Shown here in pieces: positions 8,718 to 17,240 of a stretch of 64,000 nt of DNA (the stretch's first letter is position 1; every line of letters begins with the position of its first letter). The translations under genes were made by a program, and so were the position numbers. The notes under the pieces are model-generated. The model saw only the letters and a program-made list of their open reading frames with translations, did no database searches and was not told the origin of the DNA. Origin of the DNA: Alphaproteobacteria bacterium (lineage in GTDB: Bacteria; Pseudomonadota; Alphaproteobacteria; RF32; CAG-239); contig JAZUAM010000003.1 of NCBI GenBank assembly GCA_045637985.1, forward strand, positions 6,108-70,107, written 5' to 3'.

Positions 8718-10478
8718 ATGCAAACATATCGTACTCATACTTGCGGGGAACTCAGAAAAAGCGATGCAGGAAAAAAAGTTAAATTAGCCGGTTGGATACA
8801 AAGAAAACGTAATTTGGGAAATTTGTGTTTTGTCGATTTACGCGATCATTATGGTATTACGCAGTGTGTTTTTGACAGCAGTTCGGATTTGTTTGCAAGA
8901 ATTGAAGAAATTCGTCCGGAATCGGTTATAGGAATCGATGGCGAAGTTATAATGCGTGAAAGTATTAATAAGAATATGCCAACAGGGGATATTGAAATTA
9001 AGGTTACTGATTTGGTTTTGTACTCCGCGGCGGATGTTTTACCGTTTCAAATTGCCGTTGAGGATGATGCTCCGGAAGAATTGCGATTGAAATATCGTTT
9101 TTTGGATTTACGTAAGGAAAGAATACATAATAATATTTTGTTGCGTTCGGCGGTTATTCAACGTACAAGAGAATTAATGAGAGAACAAGGTTTTACGGAA
9201 TATCAGACACCGATTTTGACCGCATCATCACCTGAAGGAGCCAGAGACTTTTTGGTTCCGTCTCGATTGAATCCCGGTAAATTTTATGCATTGCCGCAAG
9301 CTCCGCAGCAATTTAAACAGCTATTGATGGTATCAGGTTTTGATAAATATTTTCAGATAGCACCTTGTTTCAGAGATGAAGATCCCAGAGCAGACAGAAG
9401 TCCGGGAGAATTTTATCAGCTTGATATGGAAATGAGTTTTGCTACTCAAGATGATGTTTTTGGTGTGATTGAACACACGTTAGGAACTATTTTTAATGAG
9501 TTTGCTAACGGGAAAACAGTTGACCAAGCTCCGTTCATTCATATTCCGTTCAGAGAAGCTATGGCTAAATACGGTTCGGATAAGCCGGATTTGAGAAATC
9601 CGCTTGTATTACAAGATGCAACATCATTCTTCGGAGATAGCGGTTTCGGTGTTTATGATGGTTTGGTTAAAGAAGGTAAAATCGTTAAAGGTATGGTGGT
9701 CGAAGCAATAGCCGAAAAGCCACGTTCTTTCTTTGACAAGCTTGATGCATATGCAAAATCTGAAGGTATGGGAGGAATTGCTTATGTAGCATTTGCTTCT
9801 GCCGGAGCAAAAGGTATTGCAAAATTGTTGAGTGAAGCAAAACTTAACGAATTAAAATCTGTTTATGGGGTTAAAGATGGTGATGCCATTATCTTTATGG
9901 TCGGAAAAGGTGTTAAATTTGACAAGTTTACCGGTCGCCTCAGAAATAAAGTCGGTGAAGAACTGGGATTGATTGATAATAATACTTTTAAGATGTGTTG
10001 GATTGTTGATTTTCCGTTCTATGAAGAAAATGATGAAACAGGAGAGGTTGAATTTTCTCATAATCCGTTCTCAATGCCACAGGGAGGAATGGATTCGTTG
10101 ATGAATAAAAATCCGTTGGATATTTTAGCATATCAATATGACTTTGTATGTAATGGAGTTGAATTGTTATCCGGCGGCGTCAGAAATCATAGTCCTGAGA
10201 TTATGTATAAGGCTTTTGAGTTGGCCGGATATGGTAAGGATGTTGTTGAAAATAAATTTGGCGGTATGTTGAGTGCATTTAAATTTGGCGCTCCTCCGCA
10301 CGCAGGGTCTGCTTATGGAATTGATCGTTTGGTGATGTTATTGTTGGATGAGCCGATTATTCGCGATGTGATATTGTTTCCGCTTAACGGAAAAGCTCAA
10401 GATTTGATGATGCAGGCTCCAAATTATCCTACGGATAAGCAATTGAAAGAGTTACATTTGGAAGTTAAACTTGATTAG
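8718..10478 (+). CDS. aspS: Aspartate--tRNA ligase
   Basis: MQTYRTHTCGELR..., class II motifs (FRDEDPRADRSPEFYQLD, GGVRNH, GAPPHAGSAYGIDRLVMLL). The start is trimmed to ATG 8718. Confidence 0.95.
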   Translation: MQTYRTHTCGELRKSDAGKKVKLAGWIQRKRNLGNLCFVDLRDHYGITQCVFDSSSDLFARIEEIRPESVIGIDGEVIMRESINKNMPTGDIEIKVTDLVLYSAADVLPFQIAVEDDAPEELRLKYRFLDLRKERIHNNILLRSAVIQRTRELMREQGFTEYQTPILTASSPEGARDFLVPSRLNPGKFYALPQAPQQFKQLLMVSGFDKYFQIAPCFRDEDPRADRSPGEFYQLDMEMSFATQDDVFGVIEHTLGTIFNEFANGKTVDQAPFIHIPFREAMAKYGSDKPDLRNPLVLQDATSFFGDSGFGVYDGLVKEGKIVKGMVVEAIAEKPRSFFDKLDAYAKSEGMGGIAYVAFASAGAKGIAKLLSEAKLNELKSVYGVKDGDAIIFMVGKGVKFDKFTGRLRNKVGEELGLIDNNTFKMCWIVDFPFYEENDETGEVEFSHNPFSMPQGGMDSLMNKNPLDILAYQYDFVCNGVELLSGGVRNHSPEIMYKAFELAGYGKDVVENKFGGMLSAFKFGAPPHAGSAYGIDRLVMLLLDEPIIRDVILFPLNGKAQDLMMQAPNYPTDKQLKELHLEVKLD

Positions 10479-10501
10479 GATTAAATGTATTGAGTAAAGA
10501 C

Positions 10502-10543
10502 AAGTGTAATCGGGTTTTATTTGAATCTGGTTACACTTTTTTT
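10502..10543 (+). terminator. Putative intrinsic terminator of aspS
   Basis: The AGTGTAA...TTACACT stem is followed by T6. The loop is large. Confidence 0.45.
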
Positions 10544-10571
10544 GGTTAGGCTATATTAAGGAGATATTTTA

Positions 10572-11528
10572 ATGGTTGTTGCGGCTTGTTTTATTTTGTC
10601 GGGTTTTGTTTTATTGATAGGTGGAGCCGAATATTTGGTTAAAGGTGCTGTTGCAATAGCCAATAAATTAAAAATACCGGCATTGATTGTGGGATTGACA
10701 ATTGTAGCATTTGGAACATCGGTTCCGGAGTTTGTTGTCAGTATTAAAGCGGCGCTTGATGGTGCTGCAGGGATTGCCATCGGTAATATAGTAGGATCGA
10801 ATATTGCAAATATTTTGTTGATTTTAGGTACAACAGCGGCGATTTATCCGATAGCTTGTGATAAAAAAACATTTTTACGCGATTATAGGTTCTTGTTGTT
10901 GGTGTCTTTAGTTTTTGCCGGTATTGCAGTTTCAGGTATATTTGTTCGTTGGCAAGGTATATTGATGTTGGCAATGTTGTTTGGGTTTATTTATTTTAAT
11001 TATAAGAATTCAAAAGATGCGGTTGTTGCGGAAGATGCTGTAAGTCCTATAGCTAAGAAATCGTGGTTGATAGTGGTATCGATTACGATAATCGGGTTGA
11101 CGGGTATTATGTTTGGGGCTGATTTTTTGGTAAAAGGGGCGGTGGAAATTGCCCGCATCTTAGGAATTTCGGAAGAAATTATAGGTTTAACGATAATTGC
11201 GGTGGGAACGTCGTTGCCGGAATTGGCAACAACAGTTGTGGCGGCAATTCGTAAACAAAACGGAGTGGCATTAGGAAATGTTGTCGGGTCAAATATTTGG
11301 AATATAGTTTTTATTATGGGAGCAACAGCGACAATTACTGATGTAAATGTTTCTCGTCAATTTATGATGTATGATGTTTGGGTTATGTTGGGCGCAACTC
11401 TTTTGTTGTTGCCGTTGATGCTGAGCCAATCAAAGCTTAGCCGAGGCGAAGGGATTTTGTTTTTGTTGTTGTATGTCGGATATTTGGTGTCACAAATTTT
11501 TATAGCTAATGGTGTTTGGGTGTTTTAA
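10572..11528 (+). CDS. Ca2+/Na+ (CaCA family, YrbG-like) antiporter
   Basis: Two alpha-repeat motifs GTSVPEF and GTSLPEL in a roughly 10-TM protein. There is an AAGGAG RBS. Confidence 0.85.
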   Translation: MVVAACFILSGFVLLIGGAEYLVKGAVAIANKLKIPALIVGLTIVAFGTSVPEFVVSIKAALDGAAGIAIGNIVGSNIANILLILGTTAAIYPIACDKKTFLRDYRFLLLVSLVFAGIAVSGIFVRWQGILMLAMLFGFIYFNYKNSKDAVVAEDAVSPIAKKSWLIVVSITIIGLTGIMFGADFLVKGAVEIARILGISEEIIGLTIIAVGTSLPELATTVVAAIRKQNGVALGNVVGSNIWNIVFIMGATATITDVNVSRQFMMYDVWVMLGATLLLLPLMLSQSKLSRGEGILFLLLYVGYLVSQIFIANGVWVF

Positions 11529-11550
11529 GAATAATTTGTGATTTTTAATT

Positions 11551-11583
11551 CCTTCATAATCATATGATTATGAAGGTTTTTTT
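11551..11583 (+). terminator. Intrinsic terminator
   Basis: Perfect palindrome CCTTCATAATCATATGATTATGAAGG followed by T7. Confidence 0.8.
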
Positions 11584-11712
11584 ATGATAAAAACAATAAA
11601 AATCTTTCAAAATCAATGTGATATCGAGAAAAATATTGAATTTAAACGTACCATTATTTTAAATCATTTGCAAGGAATTAATTTCTATTAAAAACAATAT
11701 GTTGGACTAACG

Positions 11713-11739
11713 ATTGTACATTGAATTTAACTGTACAAT
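11713..11739. promoter_or_regulatory. Inverted repeat ATTGTACA-N11-TGTACAAT upstream of ddl (candidate operator)
   Basis: Perfect 8-bp arms lie 45 bp upstream of the ddl ATG. No binding factor can be assigned. Confidence 0.25.
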
Positions 11740-11783
11740 AAAAGTCGATATTGATAATAAAATAAATTAAATGGATTACAATT

Positions 11784-12713
11784 ATGAATAAAGGGGTACA
11801 ACAAAAACAACGAGTGTTGGTCGTATTTGGGATAAAGTTATCCTCAGAATATGAAGTTAGCTGTAAGACAGCTGAAAATGTTATTAATGCGCTGAAAAAT
11901 GCCGGTTTTGAAGTATGTTCAGTTGATGGGCTTGATTGTGAGAAATTAATTCAAATGATTGAAAACTGGAAGCCTGATTATGTGTTTAATACAACACATG
12001 GATTTTATGGAGAAGATGGTCAGTTGCGATCATTTCTTTCTAAATGGGGTGTTAAAGTTACTCATTCAGGAAGGCTGACGTCAAAAATCTGTATGGATAA
12101 GGATATGACTAAAGAGATTGCGGTTGGTATAAATATTCCGGTAGCTCCCAGCCAAAAGATGATTTTTAAGGATTTTATTCAATATGGGACTAATGTGGCA
12201 ATGCCATATGTTATAAAACCAAATACAGGAGGTTCTAGTGTTGGAGTTTATATTGTTAAAGAAAAGAAAGATTTGAATAATCTTCAATTCAATGATGATG
12301 TTGAAATTCTTATAGAAAAATATGTTTATGGTAGGGAGTTTACGGTGGGTATATTGAATGGTGTTGTTTTAGAAGTTACGGAAATTTGCCCTAAAACGGG
12401 ATTCTATGACTATCAAAACAAATATCAATTCGGAAAAACCGATCATATTCTTCCGGCACAGATACCTGTATCTTTGAGGCAAGATATGATGGCATATACT
12501 AAAAAATTGTATGATGCTTTGGGGTGCAAGGGGCCTGCTCGTGTTGATTTTAGATATAATTCAAACGATGGAATTGTAATGCTTGAAATAAATACTCAGC
12601 CAGGAATGACTGAGACATCATTACTTCCGGAACAGGCAGAATACCTCGGATATTCATTTCAAGAATTATGTGTGGAAATATTAAAAAGCGCATATAGTGA
12701 ATGTAATGAATAG
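11784..12713 (+). CDS. ddl: D-alanine--D-alanine ligase (ATP-grasp)
   Basis: EYEVS...GEDGQLRSFL...YVIKPNTGGSSVGVYIV...LEINTQPGMTETSLLPEQA. The usual N-terminal GG(x)S motif is degenerate (FGIKLSSEYEVS). Confidence 0.8.
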   Translation: MNKGVQQKQRVLVVFGIKLSSEYEVSCKTAENVINALKNAGFEVCSVDGLDCEKLIQMIENWKPDYVFNTTHGFYGEDGQLRSFLSKWGVKVTHSGRLTSKICMDKDMTKEIAVGINIPVAPSQKMIFKDFIQYGTNVAMPYVIKPNTGGSSVGVYIVKEKKDLNNLQFNDDVEILIEKYVYGREFTVGILNGVVLEVTEICPKTGFYDYQNKYQFGKTDHILPAQIPVSLRQDMMAYTKKLYDALGCKGPARVDFRYNSNDGIVMLEINTQPGMTETSLLPEQAEYLGYSFQELCVEILKSAYSECNE

Positions 12714-12724
12714 TATTTTACAAT

Positions 12725-12762
12725 AAAAACCCCTCACAATATAAAAATTGTGTGGGGTTTTT
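12725..12762. terminator. Bidirectional intrinsic terminator (ddl / membrane protein gene)
   Basis: A5-CCCCTCACAAT-ATAAAA-ATTGTGTGGGG-T5. It lies between convergent genes. Confidence 0.7.
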
Positions 12763-12781
12763 ATTGAGGCAAAATGTATAC

Positions 12782-13294
12782 TTAATAGTTCAAGTAAGTA
12801 ACATTTTCGCCAAATTTAACGGTGCGTGATGCTATTAATGCTTTTGCAATCAACGCAAAGCCTAATATCGTCCATATGGCAGTAAAAAAACACCAGGCAA
12901 CAAATGACGGATGTGTGAAACTTGTGTATTTTATCATTGTCATAGTTGTTCCAACGAAAGCGACAGGAAAAGGCCAAAGATACCCCAACATCATATAACG
13001 AATTATATTCTGCTGTGTCTTATAAGCATTAATTACCTTTTCTGATGTAGCATAAAGGTATGCACTCTGCCTTTCATAAAGACCAATTACAGGTAGTCCT
13101 GCCTCACTTGGAGTTTTGCCATATCTCATTTTAAAAAGATCCACGGCATTTGGCTTTTGTTCCTGTAAATCTCTTCTATTTGCGAACAATTTCCATGCGT
13201 TACGATAAGTAACAACAAAGTAAATTGCAGAAAAAACAGCAATGGCAACTAGTACCAATGGACTATTTGCAATTTGATGAAATAAATTTTCCAT
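12782..13294 (-). CDS. Hypothetical membrane protein (170 aa)
   Basis: ORF with an N-terminal TM helix (LVLVAIAVFSAIYFVV) and two or three C-terminal TM helices. No recognisable family. Confidence 0.5.
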   Translation of the reverse strand: MENLFHQIANSPLVLVAIAVFSAIYFVVTYRNAWKLFANRRDLQEQKPNAVDLFKMRYGKTPSEAGLPVIGLYERQSAYLYATSEKVINAYKTQQNIIRYMMLGYLWPFPVAFVGTTMTMIKYTSFTHPSFVAWCFFTAIWTILGFALIAKALIASRTVKFGENVTYLNY

Positions 13295-13313
13295 AATGTT
13301 AAGTCTTTAATGA

Positions 13314-13454
13314 TTATTTACGTTTTTTGATTTCTTCAATCTCTTTGTCTAATTTACCAAATTGTTGTTCTTGCATACAAGCCCAAACAATGATGAATGC
13401 AATAAACACTACTAGGGTGAGACCACCCAAACAGTAAGCAATTATTTCAAGCAT
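13314..13454 (-). CDS. Small single-pass membrane protein (46 aa; absent from the ORF track because it is under 60 aa)
   Basis: Hand translation gives MLEIIAYCLGGLTLVVFIAFIIVWACMQEQQFGKLDKEIEEIKKRK*. This is a TM helix with a charged tail. It sits between two other small membrane-protein genes on the same strand. Confidence 0.4.
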   Translation of the reverse strand: MLEIIAYCLGGLTLVVFIAFIIVWACMQEQQFGKLDKEIEEIKKRK

Positions 13455-13466
13455 AATTCAAAAATT

Positions 13467-13685
13467 TTAAGGGTTATTTACTTCATTGCCTTTATATTTA
13501 TTGGCAAGTTTTTTTGCAAACTCCTTATTAACAATTTGTTGTTGAATGTCTTTTCTGTGTTTATTTACACGTTTGTTTTCCCTATTAAAGATAACAAAAA
13601 AACAAACAATACCCGCAACAGCGATTGTTAAAGGGACAACAAAATCCCAAGAGAGTTGATTAATAAAATCAATAACTGTTTCCAT
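13467..13685 (-). CDS. Small single-pass membrane protein (72 aa)
   Basis: TM helix FVVPLTIAVAGIVCFFVIF followed by a lysine-rich tail. No family recognised. Confidence 0.45.
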   Translation of the reverse strand: METVIDFINQLSWDFVVPLTIAVAGIVCFFVIFNRENKRVNKHRKDIQQQIVNKEFAKKLANKYKGNEVNNP

Positions 13686-13764
13686 AATATAATATTTAAA
13701 TAGTTAAACTTCATAATTTTTAATGATGGGCTGATATTAATTTATTTTGTTATAAAAATCAAAT

Positions 13765-13847
13765 AGTTTTCCTATCAACATTATTTAAAACAAAAAAAGC
13801 ACCCGAAAGGGTGCGTTTTTGTTTTAATGGTGCCAACAGAGAGACTC
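13765..13847. repeat. Direct repeat copy A: downstream flank + terminator hairpin + last 21 nt of tRNA-Thr (att-like fragment)
   Basis: AGTTTTCCTATCAACATTATTTAAAACAAAAAAAGCACCCGAAAGGGTGCGTTTTTGTTTTAATGGTGCCAACAGAGAGACTC is about 95% identical to 14035-14116. The differences are confined to the hairpin loop and one following base. Confidence 0.9.
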
Positions 13848-14034
13848 TTTCTTGCTCGTAAGTTTTGCTTTTGACTAGCAAAACTAACTCGTTTCGGTCA
13901 CCGCCTTTGTAGAGTTTGTTTCGCTTCGTTGTTACTAGCTCACAAACTAACAAAGCCGTAACCTACGTTGAAAAAAGCCAATTACTTTTGGCTTTTTTCT
14001 GCCTCGCCCCGACACCAAGTGGGTCGGCAGTTCG

Positions 14035-14116
14035 AGTTTTCCTATCAACATTATTTAAAACAAAAAAAGCACCACAAGGGTGCATTTTTGTTTTAATGGT
14101 GCCAACAGAGAGACTC
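14035..14116. repeat. Direct repeat copy B (includes the genuine tRNA-Thr 3' end and its terminator)
   Basis: Same 82/83-nt string as 13765-13847. This copy continues into the complete tRNA. Confidence 0.9.
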
Positions 14117-14172
14117 GAACTCCCGACCCACTGATTACAAATCAGTAGCTCTACCAACTGAGCTATGTTGGC
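14097..14172 (-). tRNA. tRNA-Thr (anticodon UGU), CCA encoded
   Basis: Reverse complement is GCCAACA-TA-GCTC-AGTTGGTA-GAGC-T-ACTGA-TTTGTAA-TCAGT-GGGTC-GGGAG-TTCGAGT-CTCTC-TGTTGGC-A-CCA. The cloverleaf was folded by hand and has a 7-nt anticodon loop with TGT. Confidence 0.9.
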
Positions 14173-14394
14173 ACAACAGTTGCTCTTATATAGGTATCAA
14201 TTTATAATGTCAATAAGAAAATTTATTTATATTTGATTTCTTTGGAAAAAAATGATTTTCAAATGTTGAAATTAGGTGTTATGCCTTGTTTTTATTTGAT
14301 TATTAGAATTTGTAATATTTTATAGGATTTATTGATTTGCCTTTATTATACCTCTGTTTCATACTTAAAATCGCAAAAATGAGTGGAGATAGAA

Positions 14395-14955
14395 ATGAAG
14401 CATGGAAAAAATTTTATACTTGGTGAATATGTAATTATCAAAAAACCTGATTTAATGGAAATAGGAAATAATGTCAGAATCGCTGATTTTTGCAGAATAT
14501 CATCTGCATGTAAGATTGGCGATGATTGTGAAATAGCTCCGGGGACATATATTGCCGGAGGAGATGGTAAATATACTTTTGAAATGGGAAGTTTTTCAAG
14601 TTTGGCTGCCGGTGTAAAAGTTTGGTTGTCATCTAATGATTATGTTAATGAATTGGTGACGCATTCTGTACCGGAAGTAAAAGAGATACAGGGAAATGTG
14701 AGATTGGGCAAATTTACCGGTGTGGGTACAAATTCGGTAATTATGCCTAATAATGATATTCCGGAAGGGGTAACTATCGGGGCATTGAGCTTTGTTCCGT
14801 CAAATTATAAATTTGAACCATGGACAGTTTATGCCGGCCAACCTATCAGACCTATAAAAAAACGTAACAAAGCCAATATCTTACGAACATTAATGAAAAT
14901 AGGCTATGTCGATGAGACTTATGTCGAAAGAGATAAATTGTTGTGTGCGGAATAG
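14395..14955 (+). CDS. Left-handed beta-helix (hexapeptide-repeat) acyl/acetyltransferase
   Basis: Repeated [LIV]G-x4 hexapeptide pattern (IGNNVRIADFCRISSACKIGDDCEIAPGTYI...). The start is trimmed to ATG 14395 behind GGAGA. The substrate is unknown. Confidence 0.65.
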   Translation: MKHGKNFILGEYVIIKKPDLMEIGNNVRIADFCRISSACKIGDDCEIAPGTYIAGGDGKYTFEMGSFSSLAAGVKVWLSSNDYVNELVTHSVPEVKEIQGNVRLGKFTGVGTNSVIMPNNDIPEGVTIGALSFVPSNYKFEPWTVYAGQPIRPIKKRNKANILRTLMKIGYVDETYVERDKLLCAE

Positions 14956-15098
14956 CAATATATATGATATCGTGAAAAATGTTTTGTCGAAAGAATTGAA
15001 AAAATTGGAATACTCCGGATATGTTCAGTAGTTTTTAAGAAGTATGAATTAGAATATAAAAAATATATAGTATTGATATTTGAAGGAAAAGGAATTGT

Positions 15099-16460
15099 AT
15101 GATGCCTAAGAATAAATGGTTTGGAACGGATGGTGTAAGAGGTGTTGCAAATGAGTTTCCGATGACGGCAGATTTTGCAATGAAATTGGGTATGGCGATT
15201 GCAGAACTTGTGTGTAAGAATAAAAACAGGGTTGCAATAGCTAAAGATACCAGAATTTCAGGTGATATGTTAGAAGCAGCTTTGATTGCCGGATTTACCG
15301 CTAAAGGAATTGATGTTGTTCGTCTTGGTGTTGTTCCGACACCGGCGGTTACAACGTTTGTTTCTGAATTAAATGTTGATATGGCTGTTATGATTACGGC
15401 TTCTCATAATCCTTATTATGATAACGGAATAAAACTTATCGGGGCAGATGGTGATAAATTTTCTGATGAGACAACAGCTGAATTAGAAAAATTAATTGAA
15501 AAGGAAGAGTTTGTTTTCGATAAGAATAAATTAGGCAGAGTTTGGGATGATTTTTCCATAAAAGAAAAATATGAGCAAATTGCTCTTGATATGTTTGATG
15601 ATAAAACATCATTAAAAAGAATGAAGATTGTTGTTGATTGTGCAAACGGATGTTTTTCCGGAATATTACCGGAAGTTTTGCAAAAATTGGGTACTGATGT
15701 TGTTGTTTGTGGAGCGGAGCCTAACGGGTATAACATAAACAAGGATTGTGGTTCGCAACATCCTGAAATGATGCTTGATTTGGTGAAAAAACATAAAGCC
15801 GATATGGGAATTGCCGTTGATGGTGATGGTGATAGAATTAAAGTTGCCGATAATGAAGGAAATTTGATAAAAAGCGAACAATTAATGGCTTTTTTGCTTC
15901 AGTATATGGAAAGTTGCGGGGAAAATAAAGGGCGAGGTTTTGCATCAACTAAATTGTCTAATACGGCACTGGAAAGATTTGTTACCCAAAAATTGGGATT
16001 GAAATATGTTTCGACCGGTGTCGGAGAACGAGCTGTTATTAAAGCATTGAAAGATTGCGGAGGTGTGATAGGAGGCGAAGAATCCGGACATATTGTTTTG
16101 TTGGATTATGCCAAATCAGGTGATGCCATGATGACATTTTTAAAATTTGTTCAAGGTGTGATTGCAAGCGGAAAAAAGGTTGCGCAGATTTTTCCGTTGT
16201 ATAAAGATGATTTTTTATATTTTCAAAATTTTAAAGTTGCAACAATGGCAAGCGTAAAAGAAATTACAGCAAAATCTGATTTACAGGATTTGATTAAGCA
16301 GCTTGAAAATGATATGAAAAATTGCGGAAGGGTTGTTATTCATCCATCAGGAACAGAACCCAAAATAAGAATTTGGGTTTGTGGTAATGATGAGGCAAAA
16401 GTTGCCGATTGTGGGCAGAAATTGTGGGTTATGATTGAAAAGTTGAATTCTGAAGCATAA
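15099..16460 (+). CDS. glmM: Phosphoglucosamine mutase
   Basis: FGTDGVRG, active-site TASHNPYYDNGIK, metal loop AVDGDGDR, GEESGH. Confidence 0.95.
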   Translation: MMPKNKWFGTDGVRGVANEFPMTADFAMKLGMAIAELVCKNKNRVAIAKDTRISGDMLEAALIAGFTAKGIDVVRLGVVPTPAVTTFVSELNVDMAVMITASHNPYYDNGIKLIGADGDKFSDETTAELEKLIEKEEFVFDKNKLGRVWDDFSIKEKYEQIALDMFDDKTSLKRMKIVVDCANGCFSGILPEVLQKLGTDVVVCGAEPNGYNINKDCGSQHPEMMLDLVKKHKADMGIAVDGDGDRIKVADNEGNLIKSEQLMAFLLQYMESCGENKGRGFASTKLSNTALERFVTQKLGLKYVSTGVGERAVIKALKDCGGVIGGEESGHIVLLDYAKSGDAMMTFLKFVQGVIASGKKVAQIFPLYKDDFLYFQNFKVATMASVKEITAKSDLQDLIKQLENDMKNCGRVVIHPSGTEPKIRIWVCGNDEAKVADCGQKLWVMIEKLNSEA

Positions 16461-16537
16461 CTTAGTAAGTTAACCCTTTGTTTACCTTTGACACATATCA
16501 TATTTCCTATGATATTTTTAGTTAGGAGGTTTGTGTT

Positions 16538-16750
16538 ATGCGTCAGGTGATAGAAAAGTCTTTTTTGGATTGGACACGTTCTAAAGGACCCAAAATACAG
16601 GCTCGTGGTGTTGCTGCAGTAGCTATGTTTAGTCAAAAGATTGATGCCGTCGGAAATATACAAACATCAGGTACAACCAGATGTGTGTGGTCGGATATGC
16701 AATCAAGATCAGCATCTCGTTATCTGACACGAAAAGTATGGACTAATTAA
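16538..16750 (+). CDS. Hypothetical protein (70 aa)
   Basis: Strong RBS (TAGGAGG, 7 nt upstream). The stop overlaps the next ATG (TAATG). No family recognised. Confidence 0.4.
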   Translation: MRQVIEKSFLDWTRSKGPKIQARGVAAVAMFSQKIDAVGNIQTSGTTRCVWSDMQSRSASRYLTRKVWTN

Positions 16751-17070
16751 TGTTCAAAGGACTTATAGCTTTATTTACTTCCGGTATTATATTTAATCCT
16801 TTTGTTATGATGGGGATCGGATGCGGTGCTTGGACGATTATTAATTTGTCCCCCGATGATATAAGAACATTATTTTTAGATTGTCGTTTATATATTATCG
16901 TAGCAATAGTAGCTGTTTTATATACGTTTTTATTTGCAAAAGTATATAAGCAAGGTGGAAAATACATAGATTGGAGTTCCACAATGTGGTTGGCAGTGTG
17001 GAATTTTGTTCGATATTTTATATCTTTTGTGTTGGCAATGTCGTTTGTAACAATGATCAGTATTTTTTAA
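16750..17070 (+). CDS. Hypothetical membrane protein (106 aa, 3-4 TM)
   Basis: Hydrophobic ORF translationally coupled to the 70-aa ORF. Confidence 0.45.
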   Translation: MFKGLIALFTSGIIFNPFVMMGIGCGAWTIINLSPDDIRTLFLDCRLYIIVAIVAVLYTFLFAKVYKQGGKYIDWSSTMWLAVWNFVRYFISFVLAMSFVTMISIF

Positions 17071-17240
17071 ATACTGATGTCAATTTGAGTTACTTTATCT
17101 GCAGATGTTTGTACCATACGCTCGGGATCAAGTAAAGTTTCTGCGACTTGTTGTTGCATCTCAATGTTGTCTTTTATAACATTGAGTTGTAGTTGTTGTA
17201 ATGTTAAAGCATAAGAGCTTATTGCACCTAGTTCATTCAT
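17067..17240 (-). CDS. YjfB-like putative motility protein
   Basis: MNELGAISSYALTLQQLQLNVIKDNIEMQQQVAETLLD resembles the small YjfB_motility family (Q-rich, about 60 aa). The start is trimmed to ATG 17240. Confidence 0.45.
   Translation of the reverse strand: MNELGAISSYALTLQQLQLNVIKDNIEMQQQVAETLLDPERMVQTSADKVTQIDISI

Noticed and set aside
13848-14034. Possible two-piece (permuted) alphaproteobacterial tmRNA or a second tRNA in the 187-bp spacer between the tRNA-Thr repeats
   Set aside because: There is no tRNA-Ala-like acceptor (GGGG.../...CCACCA with G3:U70), no T-loop GTTCRA in the right context, and no plausible ...LAA/VAA tag reading frame. A hand-fold into a cloverleaf fails. Only the fragmentary tRNA-Thr pieces are present. 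It is kept as an unexplained spacer within the att-like finding.
13916-14157. ORFs 13916-14134 (+) and 13963-14157 (-) spanning the tRNA and terminator region
   Set aside because: They read through the tRNA-Thr gene and terminator hairpins, and they have no RBS. They are artefacts of the stop-poor repeat sequence.
12782-14172. An intact prophage or integrative island at tRNA-Thr
   Set aside because: No integrase, excisionase, or phage structural or replication genes are present. Only the repeat scar and three tiny membrane ORFs remain. It is therefore reported as a relic or candidate, not as a mobile element.
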